Below are positions 17,636-29,810 of a stretch of DNA of 32,000 bases, one piece after another; the first letter of the stretch is position 1; the number at the start of each line of letters is the position of its first letter. The stretch is from Pseudoalteromonas translucida KMM 520 (GTDB taxonomy: Bacteria > Pseudomonadota > Gammaproteobacteria > Enterobacterales > Alteromonadaceae), in the NCBI RefSeq assembly GCF_001465295.1, contig NZ_CP011035.1:180001-212000 (forward strand). Direction: 5' to 3'. The position numbers and the translations under genes are program-made. The notes beneath the pieces are model-generated. The model had not been told where the DNA came from. It made no database searches and was given only the letters and a program-made list of their open reading frames with translations.

Positions 17636-18333
17636 TGGAAAAGATATTTGGCTCTCAAAACACCTCACAAGATAGTGGTGACCATTGGTTAACTGTATCA
17701 GATTTGATGGCTGGTCTAATGGTTGTATTCTTGTTTATAGCTATTGTTTTTATGATGATAACTCAAAAAGAAAACGACAAGATTAAAGATGTTGCTGTTG
17801 CTTACCAACAAAACCAAGTTGCTATATATGAAGCTCTAGAAAGCGAGTTTGAAAAAGACCTTGATAAGTGGGGAGCAACAATAGACAAAGAAACGTTAGC
17901 GTTTAACTTTCAATCTCCAGATGTGTTATTTGCTAATAATGAAACTAGATTAAGCGACGCATACAAAGAAATATTAAACGACTTTTTCCCCCGTTATATC
18001 AACGTGCTTGCCCCGTTTAGGGACTCTTTAGATGAAATTCGTATTGAGGGTCATACCTCAAGTGTTGGTTTAAGAGGCTCTACAGAGGCGCAAGCATACT
18101 TTTATAATATGCGATTATCTCAGGGGCGAACACGTTCTGTATTAGAGTATGGCTATGCACTTATGCCTAATGAGTCTGATTGGATTAAAGCTAATATTGC
18201 TGCAGTTGGTTTTTCATCTTCACGCTTGATTAAAGAGAATGGAGTGGAAGATGCTGCAAGGTCAAGGCGTGTATCCTTTAGGGCTATTACTAATGCTGAT
18301 ATTCAAATAAAACGGATACTGGAGGCGCAGTAA
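17635..18333 (+). CDS. zorB: Zorya ZorB (MotB-like TM with conserved Asp + OmpA-like peptidoglycan-binding domain)
   Basis: DHWLTVSDLMAGLMVVFLFIAIVF and IRIEGHTSSVG...NMRLSQGRTRSV. The start overlaps the zorA stop. Confidence 0.85.
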   Translation: MEKIFGSQNTSQDSGDHWLTVSDLMAGLMVVFLFIAIVFMMITQKENDKIKDVAVAYQQNQVAIYEALESEFEKDLDKWGATIDKETLAFNFQSPDVLFANNETRLSDAYKEILNDFFPRYINVLAPFRDSLDEIRIEGHTSSVGLRGSTEAQAYFYNMRLSQGRTRSVLEYGYALMPNESDWIKANIAAVGFSSSRLIKENGVEDAARSRRVSFRAITNADIQIKRILEAQ

Positions 18334-19469
18334 TGAAGCTAACAGTTGATTTTAGTGCGTTACATAGAGCGGTAGCACCCTTAGGGCAAGTTGTTACAGA
18401 CTTTTCTATTACCAGTGATGCTTCTGAACTTGAGAGCATTGGCAGTCATCTTAATCAAGGGATGATTTTAGGTAAAGATGTACAGTTAGATGAAATTGAT
18501 GGGTCAAACGGTGTACTAAACTATGATGGTCATCAGGTTATGCTATATATACCAGATCAAGGAGATGACATTGAAGCAGTGTTGTCTAATGGTAAATTGG
18601 GACGACGTATCCATGTGGCAGAGTGTTCTACTCTTGAGTTGATGCGAGAAACAGGCCGGTTTAAACGCTATGATGTAATTAATCGCGTTGATGGTTTTTT
18701 TCCTGTATTTGGCTCTAGCTACAGAGGAGGGCCTAATACAGAGGGGGAGGCTGATTTAGGTGTATGCAAAAACTGCTTAAAAATTCTTAATTACAAGGGT
18801 TATTCTACTCAAAGTTCTCAAGTTAAAAACCAAGTATTTAATAGTTTTTCATTTGAACAATTTTTCGAAGTTTATAGCTCCTACTTTAAAAGTTTACCTG
18901 TTAACAGTAAAAAAAGCACAAGCGGTTATACGTCAGATTGGCCATCAATTTCGGCTAAGTTAAGAAGCGATTTAAATTACTCATGTGAGCAATGCGGCAT
19001 TGATCTTAAATCTGAAAAAAGGCTCTTACATACTCATCATATCAATGGGAATAAAGCAGATAATGAACGAGATAATTTGAGAGTACTTTGTGCAGATTGC
19101 CATAAAAAGCAACCACATCATGACCATATATATGTAAGTAACTCAGATATTCTCAAAATTAACCAGCTTAGACGAGAACAACATAAGTTTGACGTGTTTA
19201 ATTACGATAATCTGCGAGAGTGTGCAGATACAGCATTAGATGGCCTTTTACAAAAATGTGAGTCGACTAGATTACCAGGTGCTGAGCTAGGGATTGTTAT
19301 TCAAGATAAAGAAACATTTGTTTCAATCGATCTTTGCTGGCCAAGGCGTAAAGTAGCGGTGCTTATTAATATGAGTAATTCTAATATATTAAGAAAACAC
19401 GGCTGGACTGTATTTACTGCATTCGACGCCTTGAATAACTTTGAGAATTTTCAGCGCCAAATTAGATAA
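18333..19469 (+). CDS. zorE: Zorya type II ZorE (HNH endonuclease)
   Basis: HNH motif CEQCG...HTHHINGNKADNERDNLRVLCADCHKK. It is translationally coupled to zorB. The ZorA-ZorB-ZorE gene order defines type II Zorya. Confidence 0.8.
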   Translation: MKLTVDFSALHRAVAPLGQVVTDFSITSDASELESIGSHLNQGMILGKDVQLDEIDGSNGVLNYDGHQVMLYIPDQGDDIEAVLSNGKLGRRIHVAECSTLELMRETGRFKRYDVINRVDGFFPVFGSSYRGGPNTEGEADLGVCKNCLKILNYKGYSTQSSQVKNQVFNSFSFEQFFEVYSSYFKSLPVNSKKSTSGYTSDWPSISAKLRSDLNYSCEQCGIDLKSEKRLLHTHHINGNKADNERDNLRVLCADCHKKQPHHDHIYVSNSDILKINQLRREQHKFDVFNYDNLRECADTALDGLLQKCESTRLPGAELGIVIQDKETFVSIDLCWPRRKVAVLINMSNSNILRKHGWTVFTAFDALNNFENFQRQIR

Positions 19470-19662
19470 GAAATTTTAATTTTAAAGGATTAATTTATAT
19501 GCACTCTAAAGCAAGCTTTGATGCTGAAACACTCAATAGAAAAAATTAAACGTGTTTTACAATGTTTATCAAGTCAGTATCAAACAAAAACTGACTACAG
19601 CAGCCAATCTATAACAGTAAAGATTAAGCTGTCTGAATATGGTTTTAGACAGAGTGGATGTA

Positions 19663-19700
19663 GAGCTCGATTTTTAAATCGAGCTCAAATTTAGACTTTT
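19663..19700 (+). terminator. palindromic hairpin and T-run downstream of zorE
   Basis: 24-nt near-perfect palindrome GAGCTCGATTTT/TAAATCGAGCTC (19663-19686), with TTTTTT at 19695-19700. Confidence 0.35.
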
Positions 19701-19927
19701 TTAAGTATTAATTTTCGATTCCTAAAAAGCAGTCTTTAGTTTCTCTTTGATAAGTTCAATGTGTTGTTAAGGCACTCGACAATTATCAAGAAGGGTTTGA
19801 GCTCGAGTTGGAGCCTCACAAGCCCTATTCAGTTGGTTAAAGGAGGCGAAGTAATTGAGTGTTCTGGTTTAATTCCTTTGGACACTTAATTTTAAGTAGT
19901 TAAAGTATTTATTAATAAGGGAAAAAC

Positions 19928-20491
19928 ATGGAGCAAGCATTACAGTTTAATAGGTTATACAAGGATATTTCAGAAAGTCTGAAAAGTACTCAAGGAGATC
20001 TTTCCTCTCTAACGTTAGATAACCAAGAAGGTAAAGAAAAACTCAGTGGTATTGTTGCTCAACTAGCATCAATCAAAAGTCACTTTGATAGTGAGCTAGG
20101 GCTATTGCAAGAAAATGCCGAATGGGAAAACTTTGTTATTGCATTTTTTGGTGAAACTAATGCTGGCAAAAGTACAATTATTGAGTCTCTTCGCATACTG
20201 TTTAATGAAGAATCTCGTCAAAACTTAATTAATTCAAACATTAATGATTTAAATGAAGCAAAGCAAACATTAGAAGAACATGTGAGGATTGTGAAAAGCT
20301 ATATTGAACAGGTTGCACTAACACACGCTACACAATACCAATCTTTGCAAAATGAAGTTATTAAAATAACCGATATCATTCGACTAGAATCTTCCCAAAG
20401 AGTTAAGAAAAAAAATATTATTAGCCTTTTTATGGGAGCTTTTTTAGGAACTGGGTTAACTAGTTTGTGTTGGATTATGTTTAGAGGCTAA
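19928..20491 (+). CDS. leoC: LeoC-like protein: N-terminal part (G1 P-loop) of a split dynamin-like GTPase, with a C-terminal TM segment
   Basis: P-loop FFGETNAGKSTIIESL (nt 20150-20176), a coiled coil, then the hydrophobic tail IISLFMGAFLGTGLTSLCWIMF. The next gene starts 1 nt after the stop. Confidence 0.7.
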   Translation: MEQALQFNRLYKDISESLKSTQGDLSSLTLDNQEGKEKLSGIVAQLASIKSHFDSELGLLQENAEWENFVIAFFGETNAGKSTIIESLRILFNEESRQNLINSNINDLNEAKQTLEEHVRIVKSYIEQVALTHATQYQSLQNEVIKITDIIRLESSQRVKKKNIISLFMGAFLGTGLTSLCWIMFRG

Positions 20492-20492
20492 T

Positions 20493-22176
20493 ATGAATTT
20501 CGATACAGATGTTTCAATGGTCACGCCTTCTGGTACCCCAAAGATTAGTGGTGATGCAAAAAAATTAAATAAAAAAGATTTGGTAAATGAAACCTTTACG
20601 AAAATTGATTTGCTTGTTGACTCCTTCAAGGATGTTATTGATTCACATAGCATGATGTTTCGCACAGATGGAACTATCATTGGCACAGGTAAAGCTGACT
20701 TTACTCAGGGCAATACAACTTATGTGTTAAGTAATTCAGGTAAAAAATTTCATTTGATTGACGTTCCAGGAATTGAAGGTAACGAATCAAAATATGAAAC
20801 GATGGTAAAACAAGCTGTAGCTAAAGCCCATTTGGTTTTTTATGTCAACGGAACTAATAAAAAGCCCGAAAAAGTTACAGCAGAAAAGATTAAAAGCTAC
20901 TTAAACCGTGGCACACAGGTTTGCCCTTTATTAAACGTGAGGGGGAATGCTGACTCTTATGAATTTGAGGAAGATAGAATATCTCTGAGTAATGAGCATA
21001 ACAATACAGGCCTATTGCAAACCACCGAGGTGTTAGAGCAATGTATTGGAAAAAAAAGGCTTTTACCAGCTTATTGTGTTCAAGGTTTATTAGCATTTTC
21101 TTCATTGGCTAAAACAGAGCAAAATATATCAACAATTCATTCCTCTAGACAAAATGACCTTATAATCCAACAACGAAACTTTCTTAAGCACTTTCATAAA
21201 CATGAAGCCATGCAAGAATTTAGTGGCATTAAAAATATTGCTAATGTTTTAGAGAGTAAGGCTGCAACTTTTCGTGAAGACATCGTTGAAAGTAATAAAG
21301 AGAAAGTAAAAGAATTACTCAACGAAAAATCATCGATATTGAATAGCTTATTGTTTGATTACCGGTCTTTCTTTGAAAAAATTAAACCCGAATTCTCTGC
21401 TTGTGAAGCCTCTATCAATGATAAGTTCTACTTGTTTAAACAAAGTTTATGCAATGGGCGGCGAAACTTACTTGAGCAATTTTTTTCTAATCTTGCAAAC
21501 AAGGCTGATGATATTGTTGAAGATAACTTTGGGGATGAAGACTCAATATCTAGGCAGTTAAAGCTAGCGAGCAATGAGGGGCAAGAAAACTTAGTAAAGG
21601 AGTTCTCCGAGCACTTTAAAAAATGCGTTGATGTTTTGTTAGAGGACTTAAAAACTGCAATGTTGCGACTTATCGAAGATATTCAAAGAGTTGAATTTCA
21701 AACTGATTTAGAAAAAATCAAATCTCTAGATAAAGTTAACTTTCAAACTTCTGAAATAGAAATGGGTTTTGATTTAAAAGACTTTGGTAAGTTTGCTTTT
21801 AATATTGCATCTTATGCTCTATCAGGTTTTGCTATTGGTACTGCATTTCCGGGGATTGGAAATATTGTGGGTGCTATTGCTGGAGCAGTTGTTGGGATAC
21901 TTTCTAGTTTGTTATCAGTTTTCACAAGTAAAGCTAAGAGAATTAGAAAAGCCCAATCTAAGGTTCAAAGTAGAATTGACGATGCTCGCGATTCAGCCCT
22001 AAATAAGGTGACAGAGGATCTTGAGCAAGTTGTTAATGATGTCAGTGACAACATAATATCTCCAATTAAAGAACAGGTTGATCTTCTTCAAAAAAGTGTT
22101 AATGACCCTATTGAAATTATTAATCAACAAATAAAAATAATGGCTAATTTATCAGAAAAAGTGGAAGCAATGCCTT

Positions 22177-22199
<23 letters not shown>
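20493..22199 (+). CDS. leoB: LeoB-like dynamin-like protein (G2-G4 part of the GTPase, stalk, Gly-rich membrane paddle)
   Basis: It has no P-loop of its own. G3 is HLIDVPGIEG and a G4-like NGTNKK follows. The hydrophobic Gly-zipper is SGFAIGTAFPGIGNIVGAIAGAVVGILSSLLSVF. Confidence 0.7.
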
Positions 22200-25072
<2,873 letters not shown>

Positions 25073-25149
25073 TTTTTCACCCAAATTTGTATGCTTATTA
25101 GCATAACATTTCTTTCTTAATGGGTGGCCAAAATCACTGTACCACTACA

Positions 25150-25197
25150 GTAAACAACACTATCGAAGCTGGATTAGAACTCGAATCAACACTTTAG
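25150..25197 (+). pseudogene. leoA: orphaned native 3' end of leoA displaced by the IS insertion
   Basis: Removing the IS and one GTA copy restores an in-frame continuation, ...NSNV-NNTIEAGLELESTL-stop (TAG at 25195-25197). Confidence 0.75.
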
Positions 25198-25468
25198 AAA
25201 AGAGAATTTTAGAGTATTCATTCAGTTTTTAGGGGACAGAATTTATATGGATTATTCATTATTAAAAAGCAAGCAACGAGAAGTTAGAGATGGCTTTCGG
25301 CAAAGTCCCATGAGCAGACATAGGTAACGCTTTGCTCGAGTAATTTTACCGTGTGCAGCAACTTGTTAAGTGCTTACGTTACCAGATTTCGTCTTGGCTA
25401 GTTTTTTGGGAGCTATGGACTTCCCATTGTTTACTAGACACCTAATGAGGCTGTAATTTGAGAAAAGT

Positions 25469-25498
25469 GTTTAGCTAATTTATATAAATTAGCTAAAC
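25469..25498. repeat. perfect 30-bp palindrome
   Basis: GTTTAGCTAATTTAT|ATAAATTAGCTAAAC, about 100 nt beyond the 3' end of the minus-strand 134-aa gene. Confidence 0.8.
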
Positions 25499-25598
25499 AA
25501 GTAAGTAAAGATTGGTTTATGAGTATTAATGAGAAACGGTAATGCAAGGTTCTTAATCAATCATAATTTCGAGCGATGTCTATAATGCCAAGCGATAA

Positions 25599-26003
25599 CT
25601 ATTCAAAACCATGTGTTGATAGAGTGATAGTTACTGTAGCTTCAAATTTATCATTAACACTGGGCAAAACTTCTTTCGCTTTAAAAAATTTCGAATCGCT
25701 GTTTAAATTCCATGAATCTTCATTTGAAACCTTTTGAGTTTTAATAGAGCCATCTTGAAATTTATCTAGAGCTTTTGAAAAGCCTGCACTTACACCAAGA
25801 TTAAATGCTTCAAGAATAAGATTATCGATTTCAGGGGATGCCTCATTAAGTTTGCCGAGTTTTGCTTTCAACTCAGCAATGGCGTTATCCACGCCTTTAC
25901 ATTCAGAATCGAGGACTCCTGCTTCTCTTAATCTTTTAATTACGTAGTTTTGACCAATTTTATTATACATACCACCGTCTTTACTTTTTTTTCTTGTTTC
26001 CAT
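25599..26003 (-). CDS. hypothetical protein (134 aa)
   Basis: Strong RBS AGAGGAAA. It lies 12 nt downstream of the 214-aa gene. No motif recognised. Confidence 0.6.
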   Translation of the reverse strand: METRKKSKDGGMYNKIGQNYVIKRLREAGVLDSECKGVDNAIAELKAKLGKLNEASPEIDNLILEAFNLGVSAGFSKALDKFQDGSIKTQKVSNEDSWNLNSDSKFFKAKEVLPSVNDKFEATVTITLSTHGFE

Positions 26004-26015
26004 AAGGTTTCCTCT

Positions 26016-26660
26016 TTAATTATTAATCCAAATATTAGTTAAATTTTTTGTATCCATCATTTCGTTAATTTCAATTAGCTTTAAATATGCTTTATTCTTA
26101 CTAGCCTTTTGTTCTGGTTTAGCAAGCTTTGAATTTGCCATTGTGACGGGAGTTACGTTTATGTAGTGAAAGCTATCTAAGCGGGTAAGAACTTTATTCA
26201 AAATATCGGTAGAAACTGAAGTTTTAAATAACTTATGTAGGTGCTTTGTAAGCGGAGTGGGGTCTATTTCTCTTTCAAATCCATCGCTAAAAACAATATC
26301 TATCCCAAATTCACCATAATTTTCGAGGTCTAGCTCTTTTGAGGTACATAGGTAAACTATGCCTTCCCCGTTGTGACGCCATTCAAGTATTTCAAATAAG
26401 GCTAAGGCTATTTTAATATCCAGCGGTTGTAAGTTAGGGTTGGAGATAACATTTAAAACAAAATGCTCATATCCTTCAGGTGCTTTATCAAATGCAAATA
26501 CATCGCCATTGTTATTTTTAGTAGATATTTGTAACAGTGGGCGATGAATGTATGTCTCACCAAGAGCCATATATTCTTTCGATAATTTTGAGTTTTGGTG
26601 TTTATTTTTAATAACAATAGGATTATCGAATGAGCCCGGGTTTTTATTTATTATTTCCAT
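26016..26660 (-). CDS. hypothetical protein (214 aa)
   Basis: RBS AGGA. It is the first gene of a two-gene operon and is divergent from the AAA+ gene. No motif recognised. Confidence 0.6.
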   Translation of the reverse strand: MEIINKNPGSFDNPIVIKNKHQNSKLSKEYMALGETYIHRPLLQISTKNNNGDVFAFDKAPEGYEHFVLNVISNPNLQPLDIKIALALFEILEWRHNGEGIVYLCTSKELDLENYGEFGIDIVFSDGFEREIDPTPLTKHLHKLFKTSVSTDILNKVLTRLDSFHYINVTPVTMANSKLAKPEQKASKNKAYLKLIEINEMMDTKNLTNIWINN

Positions 26661-26899
26661 ATAAATCCTAATAAAGTTTAAATTATCGTTATTACCTAAT
26701 TTATTTAATTTTTTGTTTTTTTAAACAATACCTTACAAGATATTGCAAATTCCCAATGAAAAAACCAGAAAGAAAAAGCACTTAAATCATTTAAATTCAA
26801 TGTGTTGTGGTTTTTTTATTTGCTTTTTTTTACGTTGTAAAATACTACTTTATACCGGTTACTATGTACTTATTGATTACAAACAACTAGGTACACAGC

Positions 26900-28921
26900 A
26901 TGAGCACAACCTCTCAATTAAAACGTATTGTGGCACACTTTTCCACTGAATTATTAGAAGAGTTTAACATAGAAGGGCTTTCGCAAGATAAGCTATTTAA
27001 AAAGGCTTTATGTAACATTTCTGGCTTTAGTTATGCTAATTCACAAGGCTTAGATGTTGATGATTTGATAGCCCGATTAGAGCATTTAGCAATAAATACA
27101 ATGCCTAAAATGCTGCAAAAAAATGTGCATATATTTTGTAAAGCGTTTGGTCTGCCCAAAACGCTTACTCCTTTAGTTATTTTTTCGTGTTGTATGACGC
27201 TCAGTAAACCATTACGCGAACTTGTAGAGTACTTACGTGACGATTACGCGAGCGTTATTTTAGAAAAAATAGCTTACGTTCTTGGTTTTGATGAAGCACT
27301 ACTTAATAAGCAAATTAGTTTGGTTATTGAATCTGGTATGTATTCAATGGATATGGAGATATTTGCAGGGGAAGATGAGTTTTTAATTTTACCAAACTCA
27401 ATTGCTAAAAGCCTGCTCGAGGGTAAGTTAAATAGTGAAAGTGATATTTTATCTAACTTGGTTACCCCTTGTGAAGCTTCTGAACTTAGCGCTGCTGATT
27501 TATCTCACTTAGATTTAAATACTTTGCTTAAAGCTACGCAAAACGCAACAAAGAGCGGCGGGCAATCATTGAGTATTTTATTTTATGGCGTGCCAGGTTC
27601 GGGCAAAACTTCATTGGCGAAATATATAGCGCAAGCGTGTGGTTCGCAGTTGCTTAAGGTGCAAGCTAAAGGTAGTAATTTAATAAACCCAACAAACGAG
27701 CTCGATAGCCGAAGCGCAAGTTCTGAGCTGCGCTTAGAGCACTTTAATGTGGTAAGTAAGTTGGTAGGTAAGCGTAAAAAAACTATGCTGTTACTGGATG
27801 AATGTGAAAACATTTTTGAGCGTGATTTATTTTCAAAAAGCTTTTCAAAAGAGTTACTTCATACCTATATTGAAAATCATCCTGTAGTGAGTATTTGGAT
27901 CACTAATCATCTAGAAGAGTTACCACAGAGCGTTATTAGGCGATTTAATATTGTTTACGAAATTCCTGAGCTAAACAAAGCAACTAAAGAAAAAATGATT
28001 GGCAAATATGTTAAAGGTTTGAGTGTTGGTAACAGTTTTATAAGTAAATTAGCTACTCAACAAAACTTACTGCCAGCTCATATCGCTAAAGCGGTACATG
28101 TAGCAAGGTTATGTGGATTTAAAGCACAGACTGCGCGTGAATGCATAGAAGAGAATATTCAAGATACTTTAACTGCATGCGGCTTTTCGGCTCACGAATT
28201 AACTTATCAAGCAGCGCAAAAGTTTAATCCTGGAATGGTGAATATAGAGTCTGAGTATGCATCACTCGAACAGGTTGAAGAGGCTGTAATTGAATATTCG
28301 AGTTCACGAACTCTACTAACGGGCCCGCCAGGCACCGGTAAAACAGCTTTTGTAAATTACTTATGCGAAAAAGCTGATTTTAAACTTATATCTGTTAAAG
28401 CATCTGACTTATTAAGCAAGTGGGTTGGCGAAAGTGAGCAAAATATTGCTCAACTATTTAAGCAAGCTACACAAGAAGGAAGTGCAATATTTATTGATGA
28501 GGCAGATAGCTTGCTATGTAGCCGTGAACAAGCGAAGGCTAATTGGGAAGTGCAAACAGTTAATGAATTACTATGCCATATGGAGCAATTTCAACTCCCA
28601 CTTTTTGCAGCAACTAACTTTGCTAAAAATTTAGATAAAGCGGTAATGAGGCGATTTGATTTTAATTTAAATTTAACCTATTTAACCTCGGTTCAGGCTA
28701 AGCAATTATTTAAAGATACATTAGGCCCAGGAGTGTTAAATAAGCACTTAATGCATGAGTTATTCCAGCTTACAAAGCTCACACCTGGTGACTTCGCGAT
28801 TGTAAAAAGGCAAATGAAGTTTTCAAAAAAGCGAATGACTCAAGAGCGAATGTTATCGGTTTTACAAGAGCAAAACGCTCTAAAAGAAGACGGAAAGCAG
28901 AAGATTGGGTTTGTTATTTAG
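26900..28921 (+). CDS. tandem AAA+ ATPase (degenerate D1 + classical-clade D2, Cdc48/Vps4-like) with a unique about 210-aa N-domain
   Basis: D1 has Walker A GVPGSGKT and Walker B LLLDECE. D2 has Walker A GPPGTGKT, the SKWVGESEQNIAQLF motif, Walker B IFIDEADS, sensor-1 AATN and MRRFD arginines. Confidence 0.8.
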   Translation: MSTTSQLKRIVAHFSTELLEEFNIEGLSQDKLFKKALCNISGFSYANSQGLDVDDLIARLEHLAINTMPKMLQKNVHIFCKAFGLPKTLTPLVIFSCCMTLSKPLRELVEYLRDDYASVILEKIAYVLGFDEALLNKQISLVIESGMYSMDMEIFAGEDEFLILPNSIAKSLLEGKLNSESDILSNLVTPCEASELSAADLSHLDLNTLLKATQNATKSGGQSLSILFYGVPGSGKTSLAKYIAQACGSQLLKVQAKGSNLINPTNELDSRSASSELRLEHFNVVSKLVGKRKKTMLLLDECENIFERDLFSKSFSKELLHTYIENHPVVSIWITNHLEELPQSVIRRFNIVYEIPELNKATKEKMIGKYVKGLSVGNSFISKLATQQNLLPAHIAKAVHVARLCGFKAQTARECIEENIQDTLTACGFSAHELTYQAAQKFNPGMVNIESEYASLEQVEEAVIEYSSSRTLLTGPPGTGKTAFVNYLCEKADFKLISVKASDLLSKWVGESEQNIAQLFKQATQEGSAIFIDEADSLLCSREQAKANWEVQTVNELLCHMEQFQLPLFAATNFAKNLDKAVMRRFDFNLNLTYLTSVQAKQLFKDTLGPGVLNKHLMHELFQLTKLTPGDFAIVKRQMKFSKKRMTQERMLSVLQEQNALKEDGKQKIGFVI

Positions 28922-29023
28922 TTTTTAGAATTAGTTACACCTAATTTTCGATACAGAATAGTGGACTTCTCACAGCTTATAACTTAAAAACAGTTAAAAG
29001 CTTTAATTCTTAAAAGGATATCT

Positions 29024-29791
29024 ATGAAAGTTAATGAACAGTATGTCTATATATACAGAGACCCAAAGACTTCCAAAATTAAATATGCGGGGAGGGGAAA
29101 GTCTGCTACACGAGCCTCATCGCACCAAAAAAAGACACATAACAGTGAACTTGAGAATTGGCTGAAAGATGCAAGCTATAAGCTCGAAATAGCAGGCCCG
29201 TATGAAAATGAACAAACAGCAATTGCTGTTGAAGAAGCATTAATTTCTACTCACCAGCCTGAATTTAATATGCGAAAAGAGTCTTCTAAGTACAGTTTTC
29301 GCCCTTTGGGTGTGCCAGAAAAATACGTTACTAGGCTTGAGCAACAACCTTTAGGATATGGCGATTTGTTTAAAGGGAATACAGAGTCAATTATATTAGT
29401 TAAGGTCACAGATAAAACGTTAGGTGATAGAGTTGGGTATAATTTAGTAGAGCCACCTAGTGATGCTGCAATCGTTGAAAGAGTAGAAAAATACTGGCAA
29501 TTAGGAAATGATAAATATCTAGGTACTTGGATTAAAGATAAAAAACTGTCTCCGACGTTAATACTTGGTATTACGGGGAGTCCTGGAAACCAAGTAATAA
29601 TAGCCTCTCTTGAAGTTGATATTTCTGCATGGGATGCGGTTGAAGTTATGAAAAAAAAGCTCATAACAGTCCCTTTAAAAGATCGATCAAAGTTAGATAA
29701 ACATTATTTACGAGGGTACCGCATCGCTTTATCTGCTGACATAAAATTTGGACGAAGTATCCAAGAGCACTTTAGAGTAATTCAAAAATGA
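29024..29791 (+). CDS. GIY-YIG nuclease domain protein with an unknown about 160-aa C-terminal domain
   Basis: YVYIYRDPKTSKIKYAGRGK matches GIY...YIG. It is followed by R..SH, AVEEALI (the catalytic Glu position) and EFN (the Asn position). The alignment to I-TevI/UvrC-type motifs was done by eye. Confidence 0.6.
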   Translation: MKVNEQYVYIYRDPKTSKIKYAGRGKSATRASSHQKKTHNSELENWLKDASYKLEIAGPYENEQTAIAVEEALISTHQPEFNMRKESSKYSFRPLGVPEKYVTRLEQQPLGYGDLFKGNTESIILVKVTDKTLGDRVGYNLVEPPSDAAIVERVEKYWQLGNDKYLGTWIKDKKLSPTLILGITGSPGNQVIIASLEVDISAWDAVEVMKKKLITVPLKDRSKLDKHYLRGYRIALSADIKFGRSIQEHFRVIQK

Positions 29792-29810
29792 CTCCACACC
29801 ACTTAATATA

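Noticed and set aside
19521-19694. 57-aa ORF in the zorE-leoC intergenic region
   Set aside because: It has no Shine-Dalgarno, and its 3' end runs through the 24-nt palindrome. It is more likely non-coding spacer or terminator DNA.
26743-26949. 68-aa ORF (TTG start) overlapping the start of the AAA+ gene
   Set aside because: It lies in the poly-T/poly-A divergent promoter region. It has a low-complexity hydrophobic sequence, an alternative start codon and no RBS.
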